Origin: an uncultured virus (IMG/VR IMGVR_UViG_3300042866_001374)
Lineage: Duplodnaviria; Heunggongvirae; Uroviricota; Caudoviricetes
Direction: 5' to 3' (one strand)
DNA length: 64,000 nucleotides
Virus record (IMG/VR): IMGVR_UViG_3300042866_001374
Below are positions 47,776 to 57,838 of this stretch, piece by piece. Position 1 is the stretch's first letter. The number at the start of each line of letters is the position of its first letter. Under the pieces are notes generated by a model that had not been told where the DNA came from, searched no databases, and saw only the letters and a program-made list of their open reading frames with translations. A program made the translations under genes and the position numbers.

Positions 47776-48487
47776 TGATTGTATCCAGAACGTTAATGGT
47801 TGGGAACCATCCAATACTAGTTAGGATTGTAGTATCTGCCACGTTGTCTTGTCTTTCCCCTGGGGTCAGTTCTCTAACTGGTAGGTGACCCATTCCCATT
47901 TTTTCTGCCAAGTCTTTAACATAAACAGATTTACCAGACCCAACAGGAACTGGACCACAGATAGAACTACTGACAAGATAACGAATTGCTCGACAAACAT
48001 CTTTAACATGAATCCAATCTCGTTTATGATTGGTAACATAGGTTGCAGTTTTATCTTCAAGCATTCTATACATCATATCAGAACGACTATCTGGACCATA
48101 AACTGTAGTAAACCTCATCCCAACTGAATTTGGAGGTGCCATTTGTTCATTAATCCATTTTGTCATCGCATAAGGATTCTCCCAATAATCTTCTTCTACT
48201 GCACTTGAAGACGCATATAAAAGTCTAGTATTTGTTTCTCTACACCAGTCAAAAAGTTTTTTAGATTTTACTACATTATTCTCATAAAACTTTTGTGGAT
48301 TTTCTAGACTCTCTCTGATATTTGCAAACGCTGCAAGATGAATGACTAAATCATAATTATCTTCAACAAAATTCTCAATATCATATGGAAAATCCATTCC
48401 CACAACTAAATGATTATGAGTAGTTTGCCAATCAGCAAACACATTCCTTCCTATAAATCCCCTATGCCCAGTAATTAAAACTTTCAT
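47744..48487 (-). CDS. NAD-dependent nucleotide-sugar epimerase/dehydratase
   Basis: ITGHRGFIG, HLAA, YASSS, YAMTK (YxxxK), RDWIHVKD. Confidence 0.9.
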   Translation of the reverse strand: MKVLITGHRGFIGRNVFADWQTTHNHLVVGMDFPYDIENFVEDNYDLVIHLAAFANIRESLENPQKFYENNVVKSKKLFDWCRETNTRLLYASSSAVEEDYWENPYAMTKWINEQMAPPNSVGMRFTTVYGPDSRSDMMYRMLEDKTATYVTNHKRDWIHVKDVCRAIRYLVSSSICGPVPVGSGKSVYVKDLAEKMGMGHLPVRELTPGERQDNVADTTILTSIGWFPTINVLDTINEHPQLATPL

Positions 48488-50196
48488 AATGATACTTTAC
48501 TAAATCCTTTAATTTTTTCAAATTTTAAGACTTCAGAAAATTTATCCCTCATACCTTCTTTGTGAGAGATTACAAAAGTATTCGCATCTTTAATAACATA
48601 ACGAATAATTTTCATAAATTCATCTGTGCCAAATGTATCCAAAGAAGAATCAAAAGTCTCATCAAATATAATTAAATTGCAATTCAAAGAATTTTTAATT
48701 TTTGCAATTTCTATCCAAGTAAAAAGTAAAGCCAAATCAATTCTCATTCTTTCACCTTCACTAAAAGAAGTATATGAAAAGTCATCATGAATCGGAGATT
48801 CAATGGACTCATTAAATTCTTCGTCAAGTTTAAAGTTAATAAAAAACTCCATCATCTGTAAGTACTTATTTACCTGTGTATTAATTACTGGCAAGTACTT
48901 TTTAATAATTTGAGTTTTTACTCCACCATCCTTTAATAACTCTGATACAAAATTATAATTAATTAAAAGATCTTTTTTAGAATCGGTCTCTTTACACAAT
49001 TCTTCATATTGGTCTTCTAACTCTTTTAATTTTTCGTGTTCAGTATTTCTGTTTTTAAGTTGATTGGTAATAGTTTGAATTTCCTGTTCAAGGTCCCCGA
49101 TTTGTCTTTGGTATCCAGAGATCTTAGTATTGATTTGAGAAATTTCATGCGTTAGGTTAGTTACCTCTTTAGATAGTGAAGTAAAGTGACGCTCTCGATC
49201 TTCCTCCTCTTTAATTGCCTCCTCTAGTTCTTTGTAACCAGACTGCAACTCTTTTGCTCTATTTTGGGCGTCACTAATTTTATTTATCCTAAAATCCTCT
49301 TCAATAGATTGAGTACAAGTTGGGCAAACCGTATTACTAGTAAAGAACTTGTGGTCTTCTATTACAGTTGTGATTTTTTGAGATAACTTTCCCTTTAAAT
49401 TGCCAAGTTTACGCAACTTATCATTTGCACCAGAAAATTCAACTAATTGCTCTTGTTTTTTAACTAAAGAATCTTCTAAAGTAAGAGAGTCAGTCAGCAA
49501 TTTTTCATTTTCTTCTCTTATATTTTTAATTACATTATTTTTATTTTCAATATCTTTCTTTCCAATATTTTCAATCTGTTCGATAAAACTTTTTTGCATG
49601 TTAAGTTTATCTTGAATAGATTCTCTTTTATATTCCAAATTTTTAATTTCATCTCTACACGTTTTAACTCTATCCTTTAAGACAGAATTCATTGATGAAA
49701 AGATTTTAATATCCAAAAGGTCTTCAATGACTTCTCTTCTAGTTGCTGCTGCCAACTGCATAAAAGGAACAAAATTGCTACTACCCAAAATAACAATTTG
49801 AGTAAAAGACTTGTAGTTCATTTTTAGAACAATACTTTCCAACCAAGTTTGCTGGTCTTTACTAGCAGCTTCTTGATTTAAAAGTTCGCCATTTTTATAA
49901 ATTTCAAAAATCGTAGGTTTAAGACCCCTAACAATCTTCCAAGCATTAGTTCCTATTTTAAATTCAATTTCAACCAAACAATCTTTTTCATTTACAGAAT
50001 TAATTAATTGTGGTTTGTTAACGCCCCTAAAAGATTTTCCAAACAAAGAAAAAGTCAAGGCATCAAGGATCGTACTTTTTCCAGATCCATTGTTACCAAT
50101 AATTAAAGTGGTGGGTGACTTTGCTAGGTCAATTTCAGTAAATTGATTACCAGTGCTTAAAAAGTTTTTATAGCGAATTTTTTCAAATAATATCAT
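48484..50196 (-). CDS. gp46: Recombination endonuclease ATPase subunit (T4 gp46, SbcC-like)
   Basis: GNNGSGKS, CPTC zinc hook, FSEGE, IFDE. Confidence 0.96.
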   Translation of the reverse strand: MILFEKIRYKNFLSTGNQFTEIDLAKSPTTLIIGNNGSGKSTILDALTFSLFGKSFRGVNKPQLINSVNEKDCLVEIEFKIGTNAWKIVRGLKPTIFEIYKNGELLNQEAASKDQQTWLESIVLKMNYKSFTQIVILGSSNFVPFMQLAAATRREVIEDLLDIKIFSSMNSVLKDRVKTCRDEIKNLEYKRESIQDKLNMQKSFIEQIENIGKKDIENKNNVIKNIREENEKLLTDSLTLEDSLVKKQEQLVEFSGANDKLRKLGNLKGKLSQKITTVIEDHKFFTSNTVCPTCTQSIEEDFRINKISDAQNRAKELQSGYKELEEAIKEEEDRERHFTSLSKEVTNLTHEISQINTKISGYQRQIGDLEQEIQTITNQLKNRNTEHEKLKELEDQYEELCKETDSKKDLLINYNFVSELLKDGGVKTQIIKKYLPVINTQVNKYLQMMEFFINFKLDEEFNESIESPIHDDFSYTSFSEGERMRIDLALLFTWIEIAKIKNSLNCNLIIFDETFDSSLDTFGTDEFMKIIRYVIKDANTFVISHKEGMRDKFSEVLKFEKIKGFSKVSL

Positions 50197-50452
50197 TTTG
50201 TTCTGGAGGAATTACAATGTCATTTGCAGTAATAATTGCATATTCATAGCGATTAATTTCGCATGTTTTTATAATTAAATCATCATCTATTTCAATCACT
50301 ACTAGTGATGGATAATCATCTTCTTCTAACATCATTGCAAATCTTACAGCATCGTCTTCTTCTTCAAAGAGGTAAAGAATTTGTTGACCTTTTTGGTTGG
50401 TTACAGAATAAGCACCTTGCTCTTCTCTACCTTCTAAAGTAAGAATGTACAT
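50183..50452 (-). CDS. Conserved hypothetical protein
   Basis: LFEEEDDAVRFA; lies between gp47 and gp46. Confidence 0.75.
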   Translation of the reverse strand: MYILTLEGREEQGAYSVTNQKGQQILYLFEEEDDAVRFAMMLEEDDYPSLVVIEIDDDLIIKTCEINRYEYAIITANDIVIPPEQNDII

Positions 50453-50453
50453 G

Positions 50454-51500
50454 TTAGATTAACTCACAAGCTTGTTTATATACTTGTTGAATGATTCTTT
50501 TTACAGATGCTTTATTTATTGAGTCTTCAAAATCATCAACATACTTATTTAAAATAGATACTGTATCTTCCGATTCTAAATCATATTCTTCATTTAAAGT
50601 TGTCGAGTCTGCGAAAGATTCTACAATTTTTAATTCTGCAATATTTGTTAGATAAAGTTTGTCAATAAATTTTTCAAATTTTTTTTCATCTGTCTTTTTC
50701 TTGACTATCAATTTTACAATTTTATTTTCATAATTTCTTACATCAAATGTTTGATAATTATTATCATCATAATAAATTGTTTCATGCATCGTATAAGGAT
50801 TATTTACTGACTGTAAAGAACGAGTTTCTGTGTCAAAAATATGAAATCCACGAGTATCTCCAATATCATTAGAGTATATTTCGTATGGATTACCCAAGTA
50901 AAAAACCTTACCATTATCAGAGCGAGTGTGGTAATGTCCAGAAAAAACTAATTCAAATTTATCAAACAACTTAGAATCCATACCTTCTTGCATAGTAAAA
51001 CCACGGTATGGTGGAAATCCAGAAAGTTCAAGATGCCCCATAGCACATGTACAATTCGTAGATTTTACTGTTTTAAATGTTTCCTCAAAATTTCCTTCAT
51101 TAATCCAAGGAATAAAAAGAACTTTGAGTTTATCAAGTTGTACTTCTGTTGGTTTGGAATATACCTTTACGTTTTCATATTCTCTTAAAAGAAGATCTAC
51201 AGCATTAATCTCATTAGTATTCTTGTAATATGCTGTATGATTACCAACTATTGTATGAACAGTAACTCCAATTTTTTCTAAATTGTCGTAATAATTATCT
51301 TTTGCCCATGCAAGAGCAGCAAAATCAATTCCCTTTCTACTATCAAAAGTATCTCCCATATCTACAACGGTTTTAATACCATTTTTGATTAGGGTTGGGA
51401 AAAAGATATCATTATAAAATTTTAAAAAATAATCATGAAAAAGTTTAGAGTTTTTACGAGCACCAAAATGTTGGTCTGTAATAATTGCTACTTTCATCAA
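50454..51500 (-). CDS. gp47: Recombination endonuclease nuclease subunit (T4 gp47, SbcD-like)
   Basis: TDQHFG, GDTFD, GNH, SGHYH. Confidence 0.96.
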   Translation of the reverse strand: MMKVAIITDQHFGARKNSKLFHDYFLKFYNDIFFPTLIKNGIKTVVDMGDTFDSRKGIDFAALAWAKDNYYDNLEKIGVTVHTIVGNHTAYYKNTNEINAVDLLLREYENVKVYSKPTEVQLDKLKVLFIPWINEGNFEETFKTVKSTNCTCAMGHLELSGFPPYRGFTMQEGMDSKLFDKFELVFSGHYHTRSDNGKVFYLGNPYEIYSNDIGDTRGFHIFDTETRSLQSVNNPYTMHETIYYDDNNYQTFDVRNYENKIVKLIVKKKTDEKKFEKFIDKLYLTNIAELKIVESFADSTTLNEEYDLESEDTVSILNKYVDDFEDSINKASVKRIIQQVYKQACELI

Positions 51501-51991
51501 TATCTAGATTTGGAATGAATATTATCCTTAATGGAATTATAGTCAGAATAATTCATACCGTCAATGAGGTTATCATCAAAAAAGACTTCATCAAATCCAG
51601 TCCTTTCCAAAATTTTATTTTTAATTTCTAATTGCTTTTTCTCTTTTTGAATTCTACGCAAAAAAGCATAGTGTATAATCTGAGTAAAATAAGCAAAGGG
51701 ATTTTGAGATTTCTCTGGATCAAAATTATGAATGTACATCACACAATTTTCTATGCCATCAGAAATCATATCATCTTTAAAGATGTAATTGACAAAATTA
51801 GGTTTAAATGATAGATGAGTTGCTATTTTTAAAAAGCACTCTCCCAAATAATTTGTAATTTGTGGTTTAGGATCTCCACGCTCTTGAGCTGCACTCAACT
51901 GCTTTCTATACTCAATCAAAGCTAAAAGAAATTCCTTGTTATTAACGTAGTGAATTGATCTCTTTCTTTTAGGCACTGCCTGGATACCCAT
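51497..51991 (-). CDS. gp55: Late transcription sigma factor (T4 gp55)
   Basis: HYVNNKEF, NFDPEKSQNPFAYFTQI, FLRRIQKEKKQ. Confidence 0.95.
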   Translation of the reverse strand: MGIQAVPKRKRSIHYVNNKEFLLALIEYRKQLSAAQERGDPKPQITNYLGECFLKIATHLSFKPNFVNYIFKDDMISDGIENCVMYIHNFDPEKSQNPFAYFTQIIHYAFLRRIQKEKKQLEIKNKILERTGFDEVFFDDNLIDGMNYSDYNSIKDNIHSKSRY

Positions 51992-52015
51992 AAAATAACT
52001 TTATTAATTGTTCAA

Positions 52016-52078
52016 ATTATAACACTATTATACGAGAAGAATCAAGGCTTGACAGAGGTATCCAAAAATGGGTATAAT
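52016..52078. promoter_or_regulatory. Divergent sigma70-like promoters
   Basis: Minus strand TTGATT-18-TATAAT toward gp55; plus strand TTGACA(52049)-18-TATAAT(52073) pointing antisense to upstream genes. Confidence 0.6.
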
Positions 52079-52106
52079 AGCATTGTTGCGCTTTCAAGTT
52101 TATATA

Positions 52107-52514
52107 TTAACTATTTTTATAGAGTTTTTCTAATATCTCTTTAGCATCATTAACATTAGAGATATATCCCATCTTTCTATTAATTTTTTTTCTAATACCG
52201 TGAGGATTATCTTTAGGATCAAAATCAGTAGATTCTCTAATCCATGATTGATACATAATAATCATTTCAACGTCCTTTGATTCGCTTAGTGTAAGGACAT
52301 CATCCATATCAAGAATAAACATATCTTCCTTAGTTGTTTTTAACCAGGGTTCTAATTTATATCCAGTTACTCCTTTTCTAGTTGTAATTTCAGATACTGT
52401 AATTGGATGTGTTATGAGTAATAAGGTTTTGTCTTGTTCAAAGCAAGGCATTACTTTTGAAAATATCTCTTCTCCACTTTTTAACTTAACTGTTGCATAA
52501 AAATCGTCTTCCAT
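52107..52514 (-). CDS. Conserved hypothetical protein (Sm-like)
   Basis: ATVKLKSGEEIFS…LEPWLK, MGYISNVNDAKEILEKLY. Confidence 0.8.
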   Translation of the reverse strand: MEDDFYATVKLKSGEEIFSKVMPCFEQDKTLLLITHPITVSEITTRKGVTGYKLEPWLKTTKEDMFILDMDDVLTLSESKDVEMIIMYQSWIRESTDFDPKDNPHGIRKKINRKMGYISNVNDAKEILEKLYKNS

Positions 52515-52516
52515 AA

Positions 52517-53989
52517 TTATTCCTTTAAGTTAATTGTTATTATTTCATAATTAAACTTTTCTTCATTATAAATTTTAATTCTTTCTATTAAATGATTCAA
52601 AGTATAATTTTTTCTTGAATTATATGTGCAATCATCAGATATGTCATATAACATTGCTTTAGTTTTATTTTTACCCTTCCTAAGAACTCTTCCGATAGAT
52701 TGGAGATTACGAATTCTAGACTTACTCGGAGAGGCAAAAATTACATTGTGTAGGTTTCTTATATTTATTCCTGTAGAAAATACACCATATGAAGCAATAA
52801 TGATTGCATCTTCTTCTCGTTCCGTTATTTCTCTAACAAGTTCTCTCTCTTCAGTATCAACACCACCATGAATAAAAAATACTTTTCTATTTGCTTTTTT
52901 AGCATTATATATTAATTCATACAAAGGTTTTCCATGAGTCTCAACCCTTGAGAATAAAATAAGAGTATTGCCTTTTAGATCTAGGGATAAATTTTTAATA
53001 AAATTATTCCTTTTATCATGAGAAATTATAAATTGAACTTCATCTTCATATGTTGCAAATATTCTTGGTTTATGCTTTAATACTAAACATCTAATATCTA
53101 ATTTTGATACGTGCCCTTTCTCCATCAACTCTGAAGTTCTTATAATTTTATAAGATGGACCAAATAATCCTTCAAGGACCCATTTATGAGTTTGGGTTCC
53201 ATCTAAAGTTCCTGTAAATCCAAATCTATACTTTGCATGATGTAGCTTTGTCATGATTTGTATTAATGATTTAGATTTAAATAAATGAGCTTCATCGCCA
53301 ATTACAACATCAAAGTCTTCAAAGAAACCTCTTTCAAGTTTATAAATTGATTGCCAAGTAGTAATTGTTACTGGAGAGTTATTAGTTTTTTCCCTACCAG
53401 AATAAATTTTGTGACAGTACGATGAAGCATCCCAACTATAATCCTCAAAATCTTTGTACATCTGCTCTACAAGAGATGTCGTTGGAACAACTACAAGAAT
53501 TTTTTGCCCTCTCTCCACATAATATCTTACGAGAGAGTAAATCATCAAAGATTTGCCAGATGCAGTGGGACTTATCAATAATTTTCTATTATGTTTTAGA
53601 GCATCGTATACTCCCTCTATTTGATAATCTCTAGGAACATGAGAACAAATAGATTTCATATAATCTTTGACACCTTCATATGAAATGCCATCATTAACTT
53701 CAAATGGCATCCCATAGAATTTATTATCTTCAAATTTGTAATTGTAATTATAATTACCACAAAAAGAAATTAATTTATCTAATAAACCTACGTAGAGTTG
53801 TTTGGTTCTAATATCAAATAAATGTATTTCTCCATTCCAATTTCTACCTCTATATTGAGGCATAAATTTTGCATTAGGGACTTCAAATTTAAAATAGTCC
53901 CTTAATTCATATTCTATGTGGGGTTCACATGTAATTTTTAAATATACTTCGTTTGATTTTGAAATCAAAAGATCAAAGTTATCAACCAT
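52517..53989 (-). CDS. uvsW: DNA/RNA helicase UvsW
   Basis: SPTASGKS, DEAH, TGT, QSIGRVLR. Confidence 0.96.
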   Translation of the reverse strand: MVDNFDLLISKSNEVYLKITCEPHIEYELRDYFKFEVPNAKFMPQYRGRNWNGEIHLFDIRTKQLYVGLLDKLISFCGNYNYNYKFEDNKFYGMPFEVNDGISYEGVKDYMKSICSHVPRDYQIEGVYDALKHNRKLLISPTASGKSLMIYSLVRYYVERGQKILVVVPTTSLVEQMYKDFEDYSWDASSYCHKIYSGREKTNNSPVTITTWQSIYKLERGFFEDFDVVIGDEAHLFKSKSLIQIMTKLHHAKYRFGFTGTLDGTQTHKWVLEGLFGPSYKIIRTSELMEKGHVSKLDIRCLVLKHKPRIFATYEDEVQFIISHDKRNNFIKNLSLDLKGNTLILFSRVETHGKPLYELIYNAKKANRKVFFIHGGVDTEERELVREITEREEDAIIIASYGVFSTGINIRNLHNVIFASPSKSRIRNLQSIGRVLRKGKNKTKAMLYDISDDCTYNSRKNYTLNHLIERIKIYNEEKFNYEIITINLKE

Positions 53990-54419
53990 ATCCTGCTTGG
54001 AATTTTAAGAATTCAATAGCATTCTTTATTTGGTATGTTCTGTTTTGAATTACCTTTAGAATACTTTCTAAGTAGTTTAAAATTGTTTCGTAATACTCAA
54101 CTTTTAAACTAATTTGAGACAACTTTTCATCTGCATCCAAGTATTTTTGAAGAGTATCTTTATCTCTAATTTTTTTAGGGAAGGGATATTCTACGTAAAC
54201 TTCTGGGTCTGCTTTACCAGTAAAATATTCATAACGCTCGTGACGAATATTTTTTCTTTGTTGTTCTGCTTTCTTTTTAAGAAGAATTACATTGTTGTAA
54301 ATCTCAAAGTATTTAGCATGTAACAACGGAACATTAATTGATTCAGTATGTAAGTTATCCATATCAATGTGAGCATCCTTTTCCCACATTTGTTGGATTT
54401 GTTCAAGGTCAAGAATCAT
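53982..54419 (-). CDS. uvsY: Recombination mediator UvsY
   Basis: LHAKY, YLDADE, RTYQIKNAIEF; position next to uvsW. Confidence 0.88.
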   Translation of the reverse strand: MILDLEQIQQMWEKDAHIDMDNLHTESINVPLLHAKYFEIYNNVILLKKKAEQQRKNIRHERYEYFTGKADPEVYVEYPFPKKIRDKDTLQKYLDADEKLSQISLKVEYYETILNYLESILKVIQNRTYQIKNAIEFLKFQAGYG

Positions 54420-54979
54420 AATTTATTTCCTTTTGGGTCATATATATCGTAAATAGTATACTTGAAAGATACCTCTGCAGTAAAGTATTCTACATCTGGA
54501 TTGGTAGCATCAAATGTTAATTCTGACAAATCATATGGAAACATATCTTTAAATATAACATCAAACTGTGGTCTTTGATTGCTATTCAAAATTTGCAAAG
54601 TTCCATCAGAATAAATGTTCATGGATTTGCTATCAAATCCTAACTGAGTATTATCTTGTTTTTGTAAGTTATAAATTTCTTCTAATGACTCTGGAAATCC
54701 AAGACCACGCATCCATCTTTGAATCTCCATATAATTTTCTAAATTCTCATCTACAATAAATCTTAGAGTAAAATCTTGAAATACTATTTTATCTCCTGGA
54801 ATATCAATATTTTTTAGATAAGTTGGTTGCTCTGCAACACCTAAAGTCATTCCTGGTATATTTGCAGAGTTAGAAAAGAATGATACTTTACGTGCTCTAT
54901 TCAAAGTAAATTTGAATGCAATAGAAGATAGAAAATTTCTATTTTGGATTTGATTACTATAAAGATTACCTGTAGTCAT
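54416..54979 (-). CDS. gp3: Tail completion / sheath stabiliser (T4 gp3)
   Basis: NRNFLS, ANIPG, FIVDENLENY, FKDMFP; follows gp23. Confidence 0.85.
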   Translation of the reverse strand: MTTGNLYSNQIQNRNFLSSIAFKFTLNRARKVSFFSNSANIPGMTLGVAEQPTYLKNIDIPGDKIVFQDFTLRFIVDENLENYMEIQRWMRGLGFPESLEEIYNLQKQDNTQLGFDSKSMNIYSDGTLQILNSNQRPQFDVIFKDMFPYDLSELTFDATNPDVEYFTAEVSFKYTIYDIYDPKGNKL

Positions 54980-54998
54980 TGTTTTCTAACTATTTAGA

Positions 54999-55026
54999 TA
55001 AAAAAAGAGACCCTTTCGGGTCTCTT
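54999..55026 (-). terminator. Rho-independent terminator after the major capsid gene
   Basis: AAGAGACCC-GAAA-GGGTCTCTT followed by a T run. Confidence 0.88.
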
Positions 55027-55045
55027 GATTAAATTGTGACCAGAC

Positions 55046-56455
55046 TCACATGAGGTTCTTGATTTGAACTCTTCTGTAGTAACGGTTTGCGTTAACTTGA
55101 AGTCTGCCGAGACCCTGAGTGGTGCCTTCAGCGAATGGGTTAGCAACAAGACCGTATCTGGTCTTAAAGCCAATCTTAGGCTGGAAGGTGTTCTCACCAA
55201 CGGCACGAACCATTTGGAGAGGAACGTAAGGGCAATAGAACAGACCTGCATCATAAGGGGAAGAACCCTTATAACCAACAACGTAGTACTGGTTAGCAGA
55301 TACGTTTGCTGAATAAGGATCGATATATACGCGATACTTACCAAGCAGAACACCCGCAAAGGTGTTACCAGTGTCATCAACGTTGAGGTTTGCGTTCAGA
55401 GCAGGAGTGTAATCAAGTACACCAGCCATGCTCAGTGCAGAAGCAACGTCTGCGGAACACATAACAACGTTACCCTTTCCTCTACGAGTTCTTTGTGCGA
55501 TTGCGTTAGCATCACGCTCGATTTGGAACAGGAGACCCTTGAACTTTTCAACTGACCAACGACCATTGGAGTCGATGTCGAGGTCGAATACACCAGCGGT
55601 AGCAGTGTTAGCAGCAGCACCTTGCTCAGCAACCTTGTAGATGGTTCTGATGACTTCTCTGTTGATTTCTGCGAGGATTTCAGTAGAGAGAATGTTAGCA
55701 AGTTCTGCTTCTGCATTCAGACCGTGAATTGCCTTCAGGTCTTGTGCAAGCTCAAGACTGTATTCTGCCTTCAGTGCTCTTGACTTTGCTTCAACAAGGA
55801 CTTTCTCAATTGAGAATGCCATTTCGTTGAACTGGTTACCTGCACCGTTACCGAGATTCTCAGAATCTCCAGTGTACATACCCTGACCAACGTTGTAACC
55901 ATCAGAACCAGTTGAAGAACCAGTACCAACTGGGTTCAGAAGACCTGGGTTTGAACCATACTGAGTAGTAGTACCCATACCAGCAGCAACGTTAGTTGCA
56001 GCGGTGAGACCAATACCAGAGTTCTGACCAGAGAATACTGTATCTGCTTCGTTAAACAGAGCTTCAGTGCCGCTCTGGTTGGTGTAGCGTGAACGCATTG
56101 CGAAGATGAGTCCAGTAGGACCACTCATTGGTTGAACGCCTGCGAGGTCATATGCGACCAGGTTAGGCATTGCACGTCTGATGAGTGAAATCAGAACTGG
56201 ATCAAAACCTGCTACAGGACCTGCAGCAGTAGCGGAACCTGAGAAACCACCTGAAGCACCAGCAGCGTTTCCGCTATTGGTTGGGGATTCCATCAGCATT
56301 CCATTTGAGAAAGCTGATTGCTCTCTCAGGAATTTTTCTTGGTTTTCTAACAGGACAGCGGTTACTGCTCTTCTGTGTGAATCTTTGATTGGATCAAGAC
56401 CATCATAGTCGAGAAGTGGTGCCCACTTTTCCTGCAGATGCTCGGATTGGAACAT
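55046..56455 (-). CDS. gp23: Major capsid protein (T4 gp23)
   Basis: LISLIRRAMPNL, GVQPMSGPTGLIFAMR, YCPYVPL, FQPKIGFKTRYG. Confidence 0.98.
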   Translation of the reverse strand: MFQSEHLQEKWAPLLDYDGLDPIKDSHRRAVTAVLLENQEKFLREQSAFSNGMLMESPTNSGNAAGASGGFSGSATAAGPVAGFDPVLISLIRRAMPNLVAYDLAGVQPMSGPTGLIFAMRSRYTNQSGTEALFNEADTVFSGQNSGIGLTAATNVAAGMGTTTQYGSNPGLLNPVGTGSSTGSDGYNVGQGMYTGDSENLGNGAGNQFNEMAFSIEKVLVEAKSRALKAEYSLELAQDLKAIHGLNAEAELANILSTEILAEINREVIRTIYKVAEQGAAANTATAGVFDLDIDSNGRWSVEKFKGLLFQIERDANAIAQRTRRGKGNVVMCSADVASALSMAGVLDYTPALNANLNVDDTGNTFAGVLLGKYRVYIDPYSANVSANQYYVVGYKGSSPYDAGLFYCPYVPLQMVRAVGENTFQPKIGFKTRYGLVANPFAEGTTQGLGRLQVNANRYYRRVQIKNLM

Positions 56456-56504
56456 TTGCTTTTACCTTTGTAACGTGTTTGGTTTTGTTTGAATTATATT
56501 AAAT

Positions 56505-57764
56505 TCACTTTTTAGCAACTGCTGAAAGTGTTCTGAGATATGAATTCATATATTCTGAGGTATAACCAGCAGAATTTAGTTCAACCTCTTCAATTAAACT
56601 TTCGGTTTTTGCCTTTGGAGTTTTCTGTGATGAGAAGTATGATTCTCTCAACATCTCCAGTTTTTCACGATATTTTTCTCCACTTTCAAACTCAACACTT
56701 TCGGCAAGTGAAGCGAGCTTCTCTTTCTGAGAGAGTGCTAGACCCTCTGCTACATCATCAAAGATTCCTTCAGCAACCGACTCTGAGAGGCGCTTGTTTA
56801 AAGTAATATTCTTTTCAATCTGCTCGTTGAGTTTTGTCTCCATTTCATCAAGTTTTTCTACCATGCTCTCAAGAACATCATATTTATCTTCAGGGATTGA
56901 TACATAATGTGCTTCAAAAAGTTCCTTCATACCTGAGAGGAATGATTCAGTCATTTCTGACTTCAGACCGTTCTCAACTACAAGTTGATTTTCGGTCATC
57001 CATTCCTCAGCAACGTACTCAAGATATGAATCAACTCTTTCTTCAAGAGCTGATTTAATTTCTTGTACTTCTTCTACAAGTCTTGCTTCGTATGCTTCAT
57101 CATACTGAGTAATGAGTGCTTCTTTGATCTCAGTAACTTTTGATCTTAGAGCAGCTTCAAAGATGGTACGTGCCTTCTCTTGGAATTCCTCAGAGAGGTC
57201 TTCACCATCTAGAAGAGCATTAACATCTTCTTCAATGTCAAACTCTTCTTCTTCTTCTTCTTCCTCTTCGTCTTCGTCTTCGTCTTCTTCAACCTCTTCC
57301 TTCATCTTCTTCTTCTTTTTGTCCTCACCCTTCTCATCTTCATCTTCACCTTCTTCATCCTCTTCATCCTCTTCATCTTCTTCTGCAGCTTCTGCTACAA
57401 TCTCTTCATCTTCAAGAATCTCTTCTTCATCAAGGAGATCTTCAGAATCTACTTCTTCCTCTTCCTTAACAGCATCGCTCTTCTTAAGACCTTTCATTGG
57501 GTCTGCTGCCTTAGCGCCCTTGTTAACAACATTTCTTACTTGTTGAAGGGTTTTGCCTGGAGTTTTGAGTTCTGCAGAATTATCATCTGAACGATAATTT
57601 TCTGGAGTAGGACCACCAAGGTCTTCCCAAGAACCTGTTTGACCTGCTACTGCGCCAGGAGCGAGCTTTTGCATTGGATCGCCTGCCTTTGCACCTGCAT
57701 TGACAGCGGTCGAGGATTGCTTTGTGCCTGCTTCCATTTCGTGTAAATTGTTGCCACTAGACAT
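56505..57764 (-). CDS. gp22: Prohead core scaffold protein (T4 gp22)
   Basis: Acidic coiled coil, LSEEFQEKARTIFEAA, between gp21 and gp23. Confidence 0.92.
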   Translation of the reverse strand: MSSGNNLHEMEAGTKQSSTAVNAGAKAGDPMQKLAPGAVAGQTGSWEDLGGPTPENYRSDDNSAELKTPGKTLQQVRNVVNKGAKAADPMKGLKKSDAVKEEEEVDSEDLLDEEEILEDEEIVAEAAEEDEEDEEDEEGEDEDEKGEDKKKKKMKEEVEEDEDEDEEEEEEEEEFDIEEDVNALLDGEDLSEEFQEKARTIFEAALRSKVTEIKEALITQYDEAYEARLVEEVQEIKSALEERVDSYLEYVAEEWMTENQLVVENGLKSEMTESFLSGMKELFEAHYVSIPEDKYDVLESMVEKLDEMETKLNEQIEKNITLNKRLSESVAEGIFDDVAEGLALSQKEKLASLAESVEFESGEKYREKLEMLRESYFSSQKTPKAKTESLIEEVELNSAGYTSEYMNSYLRTLSAVAKK

Positions 57765-57838
57765 TTGGACTCTCCGATTAACCTTAATGAATTTAATCTA
57801 TATTTATTTATTAAATTAGAATTTTTACCTATATATGC

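Noticed and set aside
57112..57546. Ser-rich plus-strand ORF and (tct/tca)n low-complexity tract
   Set aside because: Reverse complement of the Glu/Asp-rich linker of gp22; not a separate gene or repeat array
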